NCBI GenBank assembly: GCA_977017645.1
Contig: OZ360236.1
Coordinates: 24,118,001 to 24,182,000, forward strand
From: Torpedo marmorata
Lineage: Eukaryota
DNA: 64,000 bases
Reading direction: 5' to 3'
The notes beneath the pieces were generated by a model. The model did not search any database. It worked only from the letters and a program-made list of their open reading frames with translations, and was not told where the DNA came from. Shown in pieces: positions 13,593-26,316 of this stretch (position 1 is the first letter of the stretch; every line of letters starts with the position of its first letter). The translations under genes and the position numbers were made by a program.

Positions 13593-14164
13593 AATGATTT
13601 TCATATCAATGGCAAGACTAAAATCAATAGATGTACGGGGGAAATCACTACCACAGACAATAGGAAAGTTACAAAAATTATTTAGTTTGGTTATCCTAAG
13701 ATTTGCAATAAAAAATATCAGGGAAATTCACCAGAACAATAAAAAACTAAAATCTAAGCTCACCCAACAACTGAAGTTATAAATCACCAAATGAGCCATT
13801 TTCATTACAATACTTCCAAACAATAGTGTGTTTTTTCCTTAAACGTTCAATTTGCTGAAACTATTTCTGATCCATGATGTGACTGTGATACAATGGGAAT
13901 CTCATTAGAAGAGCGTAGAGAGTGCATATTGAGCAGAGGGTGCATATCGAGCAGAGTTAATCTCACATTTGCTTATGGTGCTGATGTATGTTCTGTGTTG
14001 GTCTAACTCCACAAATTGAGGAAGCACTTACTGAAATAACTGCAAATAAATATATAGAAATTGAACAACATACAGGGAGTTTTGTGCCAACTGACAAATG
14101 TTCCTGCATCATTCAACCCATTCCCACATCTACTGGTATTAACCAAATGCAACAGTTGAACAAA

Positions 14165-14415
14165 TGTGGTGCATAGAAATGTCTTCTCTCAGAAGGTAGT
14201 GAATCTTTGGCATTCTCAGAGAGTGGTGGAAACCAGATCACTCGATACATTTAAGTTGCAGATAGTTATATGTAAGAAAGATGGGGCAATTGCAGGTTAT
14301 GGGGAACAGTGCAGAAGAGAGATGAGGACAGCAAAGATGAACAATGATCACGTTGAATGGCAGGACAGGTTTGAAGTTCCTGGTGGCCCACTCCTGATTC
14401 TAGTTCCTTGTGTTA
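14165..14415 (+). mobile_element. CR1 3' end fragment
   Basis: RNVFSQKVVNLW motif and CR1 3' UTR. Confidence 0.75.
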
Positions 14416-15053
14416 GACGGAGATATTTGTCAGAAAGTACAAGGAAAAGTGGATAGAGATTGGCAAGGAGGTAGGGACTGTGGATGTAAAGAAATTGAAA
14501 GGAGAGGCCTGTGAAAATTGAACAGGAGGGGACGATGATGCTAGACAAATGTGAGCAGCATTAATACGTTAACAAAATATTGTTCAAGGAGTGTAAACTA
14601 CAACAGCAGAGTCATTACAAGCTCCAATTTTTCATCAGACATTATTCTGGCAAAATAATTCAAAAGGAAATAATTACCTTCCACTGCCATTTCTGAAATA
14701 TTTTTATATATCATCTAATTAATCTTAAACATACTGATTATAAATAGGTTTATTTTCCCATCATATTTAATTGTGCCATCGACTAAATTAAGGGTCATTT
14801 TTTCCCAACTGCACACTTGGGTAAAGGAAGATATTTCAGGTCAAAGGGGCCAACTACACAATTTAACTCTTATCCTGATAACTTGACACAGCTTCAATAT
14901 TAATATCCTGAGTTAATCATTCAGTTTCCCCACTGTTAACCATCATTGCTTGTAACCCTTCGTATGCAGATTTGGAAAGTTTCTACTGCTATAAAAGTAA
15001 TAAAAAAAGTATCATCTAAATTAACGCATAGTGAAATATTCATGTTAAACCAG

Positions 15054-15445
15054 TCAGATTTCAGATTTATTGCCAGAGTACATACATGACATCACATACA
15101 ACCCTGAGTTTCTTTATTCTGCAGGCGAGCAGAATTACCACTTACTGGTAGTGCAAAAAAAACTGTACACAGCGTATACATGTAAACAAATAAAGAACTG
15201 TAAACAGATAATGAATGTAAACAAACTGACTGTCCAATACAGAGAGAATAAAAAAAATCAATAAAGTGCACAAGTAAGAGTCCTTAAATGAGTCCCTGAT
15301 TGAGTTTGTTGTTGAGGAGTCTGATGGTGGAGGAGTAGCAGCTGTTCCTGAACCTGGTGGTGCGAGTCTTGTGGCACCTATACCTCTTTCCTGATGGCAG
15401 CAGTGAGAACAGAGCATGTGCTTGGTGGTGTGGATCCTTGATGAT
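15054..15445 (-). mobile_element. Rex1-type LINE 3' fragment
   Basis: Reverse complement closely matches 45390-45790. Confidence 0.9.
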
Positions 15446-15779
15446 TACACATTACACTGTGAAGGTTCAGATTTATTTATGTTTTAGTATGACTGGGTTA
15501 CCCGAGGAACTGTTTAGAATGGATAATGTACTGAATTTATAGGACTATCAAATTCAAAACTGGCTCTAAAAACATATTAGGCGAAAACACAAAAAACATT
15601 CACAACATGGTTTGCTCTATTAGCAGGGTTGTTATTTGATGGGTGGAAGTGAAAAGATAAATTAAAAGTTCCCAATGTTACTATGCATCATTGAAGTCAA
15701 ATTAATACTCTTAAAGAATAATTTTTTTGCCAGAATTAATATTGTAAAGATAACATTAATCAGCTGTGACAATTCAATA

Positions 15780-15976
15780 GAGGAGGGAAGAGGTGAGGGA
15801 ATGAGAGGGAGAGAACTAACAAGAGAGAACTAACAAGAGAAAGAGAGAGAGGGCGAGAGAGAGGGAGAAAGGGACAACAAGAGAGAAAGGGACAACAAGA
15901 GAGAAAGGGACAACAAGAGAGAAAGGGAGACCGAGAGAGAAAGGGAGACCGAGAGAGAAAGGGAGACCGAGAGAGA
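15780..15976 (+). repeat. Purine-rich minisatellite (14-mer x2, 18-mers x3+3)
   Basis: gagagaactaacaa x2; agagagaaagggacaaca x3; agagagaaagggagaccg x3. Confidence 0.9.
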
Positions 15977-16197
15977 ATGATCAATGAACCCCAAAGAGAA
16001 AAAAAATTAATACTCGTTTTAGTAGTTGAGCACCTAATTTTCTCTAGAGAGAGGGATGCCATCAAATCCAATAACTATTGTGTATGCGTGGGAGGGAAAA
16101 CATATTTCCACCGCAGCAAATTGAGCCTTCTAGAAATCAGGGAAGCAAAAGCAACTACATGGGATTGAGATGGAGTCAAAATTAAGTCCATTGGTCC

Positions 16198-16490
16198 ACT
16201 CATTCCAAAAATAGCAATAAAAGGGCTCGGAGACAGATTATATCAAGAATTAAAGATAGTGTACTAAATATCTCTCTCCAGTAGTTACAAAGGGAGGGAC
16301 ATAACCAAAACATATGATATAAAGTACCTTCCTGAGTTGTACACTTATCACATTTAGAGGATATATTAGGGTAAAATTTAGCTAATTGAACTTTGGAATA
16401 GTGGGCCCTATGGACTACTTTAAATTGTAATAAAGAATGTCTAGCACAGAGAGAGGATGAATGTTCATTTTTTAAAAATAGACTCCCATG
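16198..16490 (-). mobile_element. L1-clade LINE ORF2 C-terminal fragment
   Basis: LLQFKVVHRAHYS..CDKC....GTLYHMFWLCP CCHC zinc-knuckle. Confidence 0.85.
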
Positions 16491-18111
16491 TATCTTCAGC
16501 AAACAGTTGTTGAAAGTTAAGTCCAGATTCACAACATGACCAAAGCAGATCTGAACTGAGGCCTGATAGGAAAGTTTATCAGCAGTCAACACCAGACTCT
16601 TACTTCTACAGCCAGCTCAGCTGGACAAAAACATCAGTAACACCATCCCTAGTCAACAGAAGAGTGCTTGTGCTTCACCCAGCTCTTCAGAATTTATTCT
16701 TTTAACAAAAAGTTCAACTGAACTTACCTGGAGATTGATATTCGGGGAGGAGAACATTTTTGACAGGGGCAAGACTCATCACCAATTAATTTGTAGATGG
16801 GGTCCTTCAACAGGTGCCAGGCAGGCCCTGAATGTAAGATGCCAATTTAGATGCCTGAAAAAAAAGAGACACTAAGAGATCTTCAATGGTGGGAACAAAC
16901 AAAGCTGCCAAGAAATTGGACCTATTTGCATTCTCATTCAAAAAAAAGTGTTTCACACATGTTTTGATATGTCTGCACTCTTTACTTGTTGAAATCCCAC
17001 CTGTAAGGCACTTGCTGTCCTGAAGTTTTGCAATTTCTCCATCACAATTCATGACATCAGTAACCATTTATTACTCACAAAAATTGAATTGAAGTCACAA
17101 CCTATGATCCTCGTTATCAACCTTCAATAACACATTACACTGAAACAAGTGAATAATGTGTAATTGCAAAGTCCCAACTGGGGCGTCAATTTTACGTTTT
17201 ATAAAGCCCATCAGTCATTCTAATGTATTGAAGAAAGCATTACTGGCAGTGCTGAGTACAGATAGAAGAATCAGTGAACTGTCACAGAAGCTGCCTCTGG
17301 AACCAATCACAGAAAGGGATACTGTCAGCTCACTCCGGAGTCAGGGGAGCGTCTCCATCTGGATAAGACCTCCTTCCAAGCCCATCCTGTGGTTCCACCC
17401 CACCAGCACCCATGATCCAACCTCTCAGTCTCCCCTTCCTCACCACCCTATTATTCCTTGTCTCCATTACAGGTCAGGGTTTACAGATTCTTACATGGAA
17501 GAAGCTGTGGTAATATATTTTTTTTAAATCAAGGATGTTCCAATTTTGTGACTTTCGGGTACAACATCAGGCTTGTTTAGGATGTAATCCAATTCATAGA
17601 CAAGCCTCACCAATGGCTAGATTGGTATACTTTGTACATGTTTTATGCCCCAAAAATCATCAAGGGTATATCTGGGTATCTGTAAGGATCATCCTGGTGG
17701 AGAGTAAGACAGATTGCTTCCTTTGCAATCTCTTGGCTGCCACAGTAGGGGCATTGCCCATGGAACAATGAGTGAGACAATGCTATAACTCATGAGAATG
17801 TCAATGTTTCGCTTTGTTAAACTCCCACATGATCATCTTCACCTCAATTGTTAGTCATTTCCAATGGCATTTTGTTCTCAATGTAGCTGATTAATTCTCA
17901 GAGAAATTAGGTTCAAAGCACAGAATTCACCTGTCTTCCTTGATGCAAATAATTGGTTATATTGAAAAAGAGAATATAGAACAATTGGCAAACAAAGAGA
18001 AGCTGGAGGGACTCAGCGGAACAGGCAGCACCCATGGAGTTAAAAGAACAGCTAACATTGCAGGTCAGCAATATTTTTAGGGACAAAACTGTCCTGACCT
18101 GAATCGTTGAA

Positions 18112-18146
18112 TTGATGAAGGGCTCAAGCCCGAAACGTTGGTTATG
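18112..18146 (+). ncRNA. Minimal type I hammerhead ribozyme motif (representative copy)
   Basis: UUGAUGA-A-GGGC(UCAA)GCCC-GAAA-CGUU: near-canonical core, 4-bp stem II, palindromic ACGU stem III. Confidence 0.6.
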
Positions 18147-18252
18147 TATCTTTATCTTTGCTGCATAAAGTACGCTGTTTGACCTGCTGAGTTTCTCCAG
18201 CATTGTGTTTTTACTTCAATCACGGTGTCTGCAGACTTTCGTGTTTTTCTTC
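18112..18252 (+). mobile_element. PLE terminal fragment
   Basis: Same family terminus (..gacctgctgagtttctccagcattgtgtttttacttcaatcacggtgtctgcagactttcgtg). Confidence 0.85.
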
Positions 18253-18269
18253 AGTCCACTGCAAAACTC

Positions 18270-19209
18270 TGTAAAATCTCTTCGAGGGATGCCTTCCTTG
18301 AAGTTCTCCTTTGCTCTCTGGAGGGTGTTCTGTGGGATTCACTCTGTTATGGACCATGACTGACCATTTGGACTGCGGACGGTCAGCAGGAAGAATGAAG
18401 TATTTTGGGTACACACTGGGACCAGGTACTGAAAGAGTTAACTTGCCCAGGACTGGCTGTGCTCAGAGAGAGAGACACATAGAGAGAGAGAGACAGGCTG
18501 TGGAAAGATACTTTGTTGCACTTTTGCAAAAGCAGGTGCAAACCTCTGCAAAAAGCATTCAGTTTGGAGTTGCAAAGGCTGAAGCAACAACAGCAAAACC
18601 AGAGGCTTGTGCATTCCAGTGAGAAAGGCTGGGAGAATAGCACATGGCCTCATGTATCAGCAAAATCCTGAGATAAAGCAACTTTCGTGGCGAACAGGCG
18701 TGAGATCAGCGAGACAGGCTGTGAGATCCAAGTACATGCTTCAATCAGTGGTATACTGATTTGGAATCACAATCCTCGTGCACCTACACAAAAGGGAAAG
18801 TCATCAGGGAAGAAAAGCAGGCCAAGCATTCGTAAGCTTAAACAGTCATTGTCTCTCTCTCCAACGTTCATTAAGAAGTCCTTCTTAACAGCACACAGAG
18901 CTGAATTTGGACACTGAACATAGAGAGTGATTTTTGTGGACTGCATTTTAGGGACTGACTTATTTTTATGACTGACTTGGGGATTTTGGGGAAGGTTTTC
19001 CATTTTTACATGAGGGTTGGGCACAGACTGTAATGGTCTGGGCTTTTCACACACACACACACTCTTTAGATAAGAATAGTGTTTATAGACATTTATAGTG
19101 GGGTTAATTGTTAAGAAATTATATGTTTAATTGTCTTTAATAAATATAAATTTCAATTTTACCCCTTTTGCATTGCGTCTTCTGTCGTTGTTGGTTTGAG
19201 TTTGTAACA
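18270..19209 (+). mobile_element. Probable solo LTR
   Basis: Starts tgtaa, ends tgtaaca; flanks actc/tctc (3 of 4 match); AATAAA at about 19139, some 65 bp before the end. Confidence 0.55.
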
Positions 19210-19242
19210 TCTCTCACTGCTCCCCATCTGTAATCCCTGCTA

Positions 19243-19383
19243 AAATGAAGGGCTCAAGACCGAAAAGTTGGTTATGTATCTTTATATTTGCTATATAAAG
19301 TATGCTGTTGGACCTGCTGAGTTTCTCCAGCATTGTGTTTTTACTTAAAATCACAGTGTCTGCAGACTTTCGTGTTTTACTTC
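19243..19383 (+). mobile_element. PLE terminal fragment
   Basis: Near-copy of 18112-18252. Confidence 0.85.
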
Positions 19384-19537
19384 TTATTTTTATTTCCTCA
19401 AGATTCCAGCATTTGCAGTTTCTTGTGTCTCTAGAATAATTACAATAATTACTTCACGTTTGTTCATCAGTTAACACTAACAGAAGCAAATTGATATTAT
19501 TTCTGATAAAAGGTCATCAAACTGAAAAGTTAACCCT

Positions 19538-19997
19538 AAAAAACACAAATGCTGGAGAAACTCAGCAGGTCAAACAGTATCTTTTATGTAGCAAAGGTAG
19601 AAATACATAACCGACGTTTCGGGCTTGAGCCCTTCATCAAAATATGAGAAAATGCCGACAGGCGTCCGAACAAAAGAGCGAGGGGGGGAAGGGGGGGTGG
19701 CAAAGGCAGGAGATGATAGGTGGAGAAAGGAGGGAGGGGACAGCAGCAAAGAGGGGGAGGAGGGATGGCTGGGTGGGTGGAAAAAAACTGGAAGGACAGG
19801 TAAGGGGGAGGGGAAGGAAAAGACAAGCAGGTTTAGTGGAAAGCAGAAAAGTCAATGTTAATGCCATCTGGCTGGAGAGTGCCCAGACGGAAAATGAGAT
19901 GTTGTTCCTCCAATTTGCCTGTTTGACCTGCTGAGTTTCTCCAGCATTTGTGTTTTTTACTTCAACCACGGTGTCTACAGATTTTCGGGATTTACTT
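19538..19997 (-). mobile_element. Fold-back PLE insertion with 16-bp TSD
   Basis: TSD ctgaaaag(t/c)taaccct at 19522-19537 and 19998-20013; long minus arm ending in the GIY-YIG C-terminus, short inverted plus arm. Confidence 0.88.
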
Positions 19998-20278
19998 CTG
20001 AAAAGCTAACCCTGTTCCTCTCTCCACTGTTGCTGCCTATTCCCAAAATATTCTGCCTTAATTTCAAATTTCCCACAATTGCAGTTTTTTGCTTTCCAAT
20101 TAATATTACTTATTTCATTGCTGGTGGTACAATATTAATGAATACAAATGAATTCACAGCATTTATCAAAGTGGCAAGGAGCTGGATGGCTCTCACTTGG
20201 CCCATTATTCAAGGTCATTCCCTCTGCTAACCCCACAGCACTGCTAAACTTTGGTGGTCACGTTGTTCTTTTTTTTTT

Positions 20279-20521
20279 AAAATTTAGACATACAGCACGG
20301 TTACAGGCCCTTCCAGCCCACGAGCCCGTGTCGCCCAAATACACCAATTAACCTCCAACCCACATACGTTTTGAAGGGTGGGAAATTACCAGAGGAAACC
20401 AATGCAGACATGGGGAGAACGTACAAACTCCTTAAAGACAGCGCCGGATTCGATCCCCGGTCCCAGTCACTGACACTGTAATAGCATTGTGCTAACCGCT
20501 ACGCTCACCGTGCCACCCTCT
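20279..20521 (-). mobile_element. V-SINE
   Basis: Homologous to 8349-8590. Confidence 0.88.
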
Positions 20522-20891
20522 AAGCTAACCGCGTCCGTAAGGTCCCGCCATTTCACTGTGTTGGCTGTTTTATAGTGTGGAATGTTGTAAGCTTTCTGAG
20601 CTCCTGCATACAATTGTCCAGAAATCATCTGCTGTGTGCACATCAGCTGTTCTGAGAGCTGAGAGAGCAATCACCCTCAGCTTAATCAAAACCGTGATAT
20701 GGCAAGACTGGGACACAGACAGTAGAAAGTTAGGACCTGTCCACAAACCACCAGAAGCCTTTTACTATTTTAAATGCCCCTAGTGACATATAAAAAGACA
20801 TTTGGAAATGTTAAATAAATAGAGACAAATCATTTGGAAAAAATTTAAATTATTTTAAACATGTAAAAAGTTTTAAACATAAATAATATAA

Positions 20892-21708
20892 GATAAGTTA
20901 AGTGCGTGGGCAAGGGTCCAGCAGATGGAGTACAGTGTTGGTAAATGTGAGGTTATCCACTTTGGAAGGAAAAATGGAAGATCAGAATATTATTTAAATG
21001 GCAAGCGACTGCAGCATGCTGTCGTGCAAAAGGTCTTGGGAGAGCTTGTGCATGAATCGCAAAAGATTGGTTTGCAGGGACAGCAAGGGTATCAAGAAGG
21101 CAAATGCAATGTTGGCCTTCATTGCTAAAGGGATTGAATTTAAGAGCAGGGAGGTTATGCTGCAACTGTACAAGGTACTGGTGAGGCTGCACCTGGAGTA
21201 CTGCATGCAGTTCTGGTCTCCTTACTTGAGGAAGGATGTATTGGCTTTGGAGGCGGTGCAGAGGAGGTTCACCAGGTTGATTCCAGAGATGAGGGGGTTA
21301 GCCTATGAGAAGAGATTGAGTCGTCAGGGACCGTACTCGCTGAAATTTAGAAGAATGAGAGGGGATCTTATAGAAACATAAAAAATTATGAAAGGCATAG
21401 ATAAGATAGATGTAGGTAAAATGTTTCCATTGGTGGGGAGACCATAACTAGGGGACATAGAGTCAAGATTCAGGATAGTAGATTTAGGACGGAGGTGAGG
21501 AGGAACTGTTTTTCCCAGAGGGTGGTGAATCTATGGAATTCACTGCCCATTGAAGCAGTGGAGGCTACCTCAGTAAATATATTTAAGACAAGGTTGGATA
21601 GATTTTTACATAATAGGGGAATTAAGGGATATGGGAAAAGGCAGGTAGGTGGAGATGAGCCTATCATCAGATCAGCCATGATCACATTGAATGGCAGAGC
21701 AGGCTTGA
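20892..21708 (+). mobile_element. CR1 LINE fragment
   Basis: MEYSVGKCEVIHFGRKN, KKANAMLAFIAKGIEFKSREVMLQLYKVLVRLHLEYC, RNCFSQRVVNLWNSLP. Confidence 0.92.
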
Positions 21709-21784
21709 AAAGCAGTATCAAATTCCAAAATTCTTTCTCTCTAAATGAGAACCCAGATCACTATCTGTCATGTGTTGGTGTGAA

Positions 21785-22030
21785 GCGCAGTCCCACTCCA
21801 AAGGCTCAGGGGCAATGATCAGAGCTGATCATGCTGTGCGGTGTTGAGGGAATACAGCATTGTCAGAACATCTATCTTTCAGATAAGATTTTAATCTGTC
21901 AACCTCTCATCCCTGATGCTTTGGCCAATATTTAGTCCCCAGTCAACATCGCTAAGGCATACTCAGATCAGAGTGGAGCTTATGGAATTCCTGTGTGTAA
22001 GTCAGCTGTTCTGATAGCTGAGAGGACAGA
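21785..22030 (+). mobile_element. Ancient Deu-domain SINE remnant
   Basis: gtcccactcca..gctga..gaggga..gcattgtcaga..tctttcagataaga..tggccaatattt..gtcaacatc resembles the Deu domain. Confidence 0.55.
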
Positions 22031-22598
22031 TACTATGAATGCAATAACAGCACATGTATATTATCAAAGTATTCACCAACTCACTTTTTCTTAAAACAGT
22101 GGTGCAAAGCAAAGGAAATAATGGATGGAAACACTTGGACTAATGGCTTATTATGGAAGAAGTACCTCTCATGGGGGAAATAATAAATCACATGTATCAA
22201 ATGACTTAACTGGCTCAGTTTTTCACAGGGAAAGGCAGTCATATAATGTGTTGGTCTCTGATGTCATGTTTTTTTTTCCTTGAACAATTCTTCATTGTTG
22301 GAAAAATAATATTTTGGTGTTTAACTATTCTACCTCGCTGCCAAAAAATGCAACAAAGCAGACAGCAGCTTTGCGTTTAAAAAAAATCATCTCATGGACC
22401 CAAAATGGAACGGCCCAAACAGAAAAGTCACCAAGATGAGAAAATGCACCTGCCCTAAACATCTAGAGAAGACTCTCAATTCAGAAATTCATCACAACAT
22501 GCTTCAAGATGCAGGGTGTTTCACGAACCAATGTACAAAGGAAGTGATGCAAGATAAAAATGTGCTAGTCATGGCAGAAGAATGCAGCATATACCTGC

Positions 22599-23266
22599 TG
22601 TCGTGTTGGGAAGAGTATCAGGTTCGGTGATTCAGAGAGAGACGAGTCTGAACACAAGTGTTACAATCACACGTAATTTTAATTAACACATCTGAGACAA
22701 ACAGGGGAGAACGTTAAACGGTACTCGATTACTATTTCACTTAAGCAACGATATAGACATTCACTTCAGACCTAGGTTGGACTCCAACAATAGTGAATCT
22801 ATACTCGACACACTCACACACTTGAGTACACACACTACAAACAGAGACTCTTACACACACCCGGTTCCCTTACCAATGGGGGTGCGGCTCTCTGCAAGTA
22901 TTGATCTATCGCAATACTACGGCTCAGTTTCAGTGTAGTGCACACCTTACCCCCGACACTTCCAGCGATGTCCACAGTAGCAACCTGGCATGGAGCAATG
23001 TCCGGGGCTTCGACCACGAGGCAGAGAGAAAGAATGTGCTATGCATTGGTGTTATATACAGTGCTAATCTGTGCTTCTAGCCAATAATGACCCTAGGTGA
23101 TTTAAATTAGCCAACAGCAAGGTGTGCACTAATGAGTGGCCAGAGTCCAACCTTGATTGACAGGTGATGTGACTTCCGAATAAGTTTCAGACACGGAGAA
23201 CACGTGACCGCCCGCAATACACACATTCCAGACAGCAGGGAGGCCACGTTTCCTACACACACAACA
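22599..23266 (-). mobile_element. Solo LTR, 668 bp, 5-bp TSD
   Basis: TG..CA termini (tgtcgtgt / acacaaca inverted); perfect TSD cctgc at 22594-22598 and 23267-23271; minus-strand TATA (~23055) and ATTAAA (~22680). Confidence 0.85.
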
Positions 23267-23324
23267 CCTGCAAATGTGCAACGAAGACTGGACCATCCTG
23301 CTCACTGAAAAGGTACTGCTTTGT

Positions 23325-23535
23325 CCCTGCAATGCCAGTGACCCCGGTTCGAATCCAGCGCTGTCTGTAAAGAGTTTGTACTTTCTCCCCGTGACCTGCG
23401 TGGATTTTCCCCGGGTGCTGCGGTTTCCTCCCACACTTCAACAACCTGCGGGGTTGGTAGGTTAATTGGATGTCATTGGACGGCATGGGTTTCACCAACT
23501 GGAAAGGTCTTCTACCATGCTGTATTGTTAAAATT
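23325..23535 (+). mobile_element. V-SINE
   Basis: B-box ggttcgaatcc and V-domain. Confidence 0.85.
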
Positions 23536-24391
23536 TTAAAAAATTCAAATTTATGGACAAAATTAGCTCTCAGTTCTACCCGTGAAATCAGGAAATAGTA
23601 TTAAAGTCTTGGCAACTCCAATCCATTTGAAAGAAGATTCAGAGAATCATCATACCTCGCTCTTAAATCAGTCACCAGCATGAACGGTGTTGCTCCACAT
23701 CCTGCACCTCATTACTATAACACAGTATGAATTGGAGGGGAGAAGTGGGCAACTTCCTTGGTTCGGACCATTCACAGAAATAGAGGGCACTTTGGCCAAA
23801 GATAAATATAGCAGCTTTAAACTTCACTTGAGCCCAAGTTATCCTCCAAGATGATCAATGGTAGTAGATGCTCAAAATAGCGACATAGAACCATGGAACC
23901 ATAGAACACAACAGAACAGAAACAGGCCCATTTGGCCCATTTAGTCTATGCCGAATCTTTTTTTTTTTGCCTAGTCCCACTGACCTGCGCCCAGTCCATA
24001 GACATCTGGGACAATAAAGAGAAGGGAATGAAACTGACTGTTAATTAATCTATAAGGCATAGTTTGATTTCCTTGACACTGAGAAATAGCACCTTTTGCA
24101 GCATTTTTGCTTCTGTTATCAAAATTGAGTTGTTTGAAACTATATATTTCAGTACATTTTCCCTTGGCGTAGCCTTTCCCAACCTTACTGTGTTGCTACT
24201 TGGTGACCCATCACCCATCCAAACATTTGGTGTTAAGATATGTCAGAAAGAGTAATGAAATGCAATATTCTGCTCCAGACTGATTGTGGTCTCCTTACTT
24301 GCCATTTTAATTTCATTGAGCACAGAGCTTTTACCTACGTTGAGTGTATAGGCATGGACAACATTTCAGTGAAGTATTGTTACTTTTGTTA

Positions 24392-24560
24392 CAATAAAAT
24401 CCCCAGTATCCGGCACCTACGGGGATTGCAGATGTCGGATATGCGAATTTTCCCGTTGACTGAGACACACTCTTACAATGCCTAAGTAATACTTTTTTTT
24501 TTTTTTGCCGGTTGCTTGGATTGCCGGTTGCTTGAATTCTGGATACCGGGGATTTTACTG
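24392..24560. mobile_element. Tc1/mariner (Tigger-like) MITE
   Basis: TIRs caataaaatccccagtatcc / ggataccggggattttactg, TA on both sides. Confidence 0.85.
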
Positions 24561-24667
24561 TACTTTCATTCCACAGATGGTTCCCTAAATGAAAGACCAG
24601 AGTGGTTCTTCTGGGTGGTCAAGTGGATGAAAAGTGGCAATGACATGACTGGAAGATGATCACGCTT

Positions 24668-24805
24668 AAAACACAAAAGTCTGCAGACGCCGTGGTTGAA
24701 GTAAAAACACAAAGCTGGAGAAACTCAGCAGGTCAAACAGTGCACTTTATAGAGAGAGCAAAGATAAAGATACATAACCAACATTTTGGGCTTGAGCCCA
24801 GTCAA
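24668..24805 (-). mobile_element. PLE terminal fragment
   Basis: Family terminus with partial hammerhead stem II. Confidence 0.8.
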
Positions 24806-26155
24806 GGCTAACTTATCAGATCAGGCTGCCTAGTCAGCATTTTCACCTCAGACAAGATTACCAGAAGCAGAGTGACTGCTAACTCAGGTCTTCTGCTGTT
24901 TCTGGGCCCTAAAAATGAGATTTGCTAACAGTGTTTGTCTGCATAATAAAGATGCCAACAATTCATGGAATACTATTAGTGTGGACTTCTCGGATAAGAT
25001 GAGGCACCACATTAATGTGAACTTTTCTATCATCCTAACCATCCTCTATTACAAAAAAATAACCAGTAATGCAGGGTAAGTTTATGCAGTGGTTAGAAAT
25101 ATTATTTTTCATGATATAGGCTTGCAATTAAACTTCGAAAAACAATGATCATTAAAAAGAATTTTCATTCCAATTCAAAAACATGCTGTTTTCAAGATTC
25201 TCATTTTAGCTGTAAATCCCAGGCTGTAATCACTGGTGGTCGCAATTTATCTTCAGTTACTTACACAAAGCATAGCATCTGTTGCACTTTACTTTTGAAA
25301 TTCTGTTCCATTCATTTCAGTATTGTCATCCAATTAGCTGTTCCTCTTTCCTGATCCAAGGGCAAAGTTTATCATGCTGGAACACAAATAAACATAATTA
25401 CAAAATCAATAGTTAGTGGAATTCAGTCGTTTGTCTCCACTCCAATAAAATTATGGCTGATCTTTCATCTCAGCACCACTTTCCTGCAGACTTGCCTTTT
25501 AGAAGGTTGCATCAAAAATGCTCAAGAACCTTGACAACATCTAGGATTAATTCGCCCATCCTCCATCGAAGTATCTATCACCTTCATCTCCATCTCCAGT
25601 GCGCCAGTGCAATGCCCCATCTACAAGTTGTACTGCAGGCAGCATACCAAAGCTTCTTCAGCAACAGCTCCCAAACTTATGTCCTCTACTAACGAGAAGG
25701 ACAAATTCTACTTCCTGCACCAAATTTCACCTCCAGTGTTAATGGGTTATGATTCTGGAACTGCTCTTAACTAAAGTTACCATTGGAGTATCTTCACCAG
25801 AGGTCAGTCATGATTCCAAAGGCTTGCCATTGTTTTCTCAAAGGCTAATTAGCAATGGTCAATAAATTCTGCTGCTGGCAGTGATAGCCTGTGTTTGAGT
25901 CTAAAGAAAACAGATCCTAAATTTTTAAGGCCCTTTTAAAAGTTTAAGAGTAGAGATGATAAAATCTAAAACACAAATAGAAAGTGCTGGAACAGCTCCT
26001 CAGAGACAGTTGTGTAACCATTCATCAGAACTCTAAAACTTTAGTCCACACAACATTTTTAATCACTCTACCTGGCTTTATAAAAAAATTCTGTTCTTGC
26101 AAAGGCAATGTTATTTAGTGGCAGGGTAAATGATGAAGTGCTGCTTTGTCTAAAA

Positions 26156-26316
26156 CAGTGGTTCTCAACCTTTTTCTTTCCACTCACATACCACCTTAAG
26201 TAATCCCTTACTAACCACAGAGCACCTATGGCATAGGATGCTACAGGTGCTCTGTGGTTAGTAAAGGATTACTTAAGGTGGTATGTGAGTGGAAAGAAAA
26301 AGGTTGAGAACCATTG
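26156..26316. mobile_element. hAT (Charlie-type) palindromic MITE
   Basis: TIR cagtggttctcaacc; near-perfect internal palindrome; perfect 8-bp TSD gtctaaaa at 26148-26155 and 26317-26324. Confidence 0.93.

Noticed and set aside
19584-19969. Pro/Gly-rich overlapping ORFs
   Set aside because: Translations of the purine-rich PLE 3' UTR.
24820-25030. LF-SINE-like ancient repeat (also about 39620-39780 and 54310-54570)
   Set aside because: Similarity by eye is too weak to support without a profile search.
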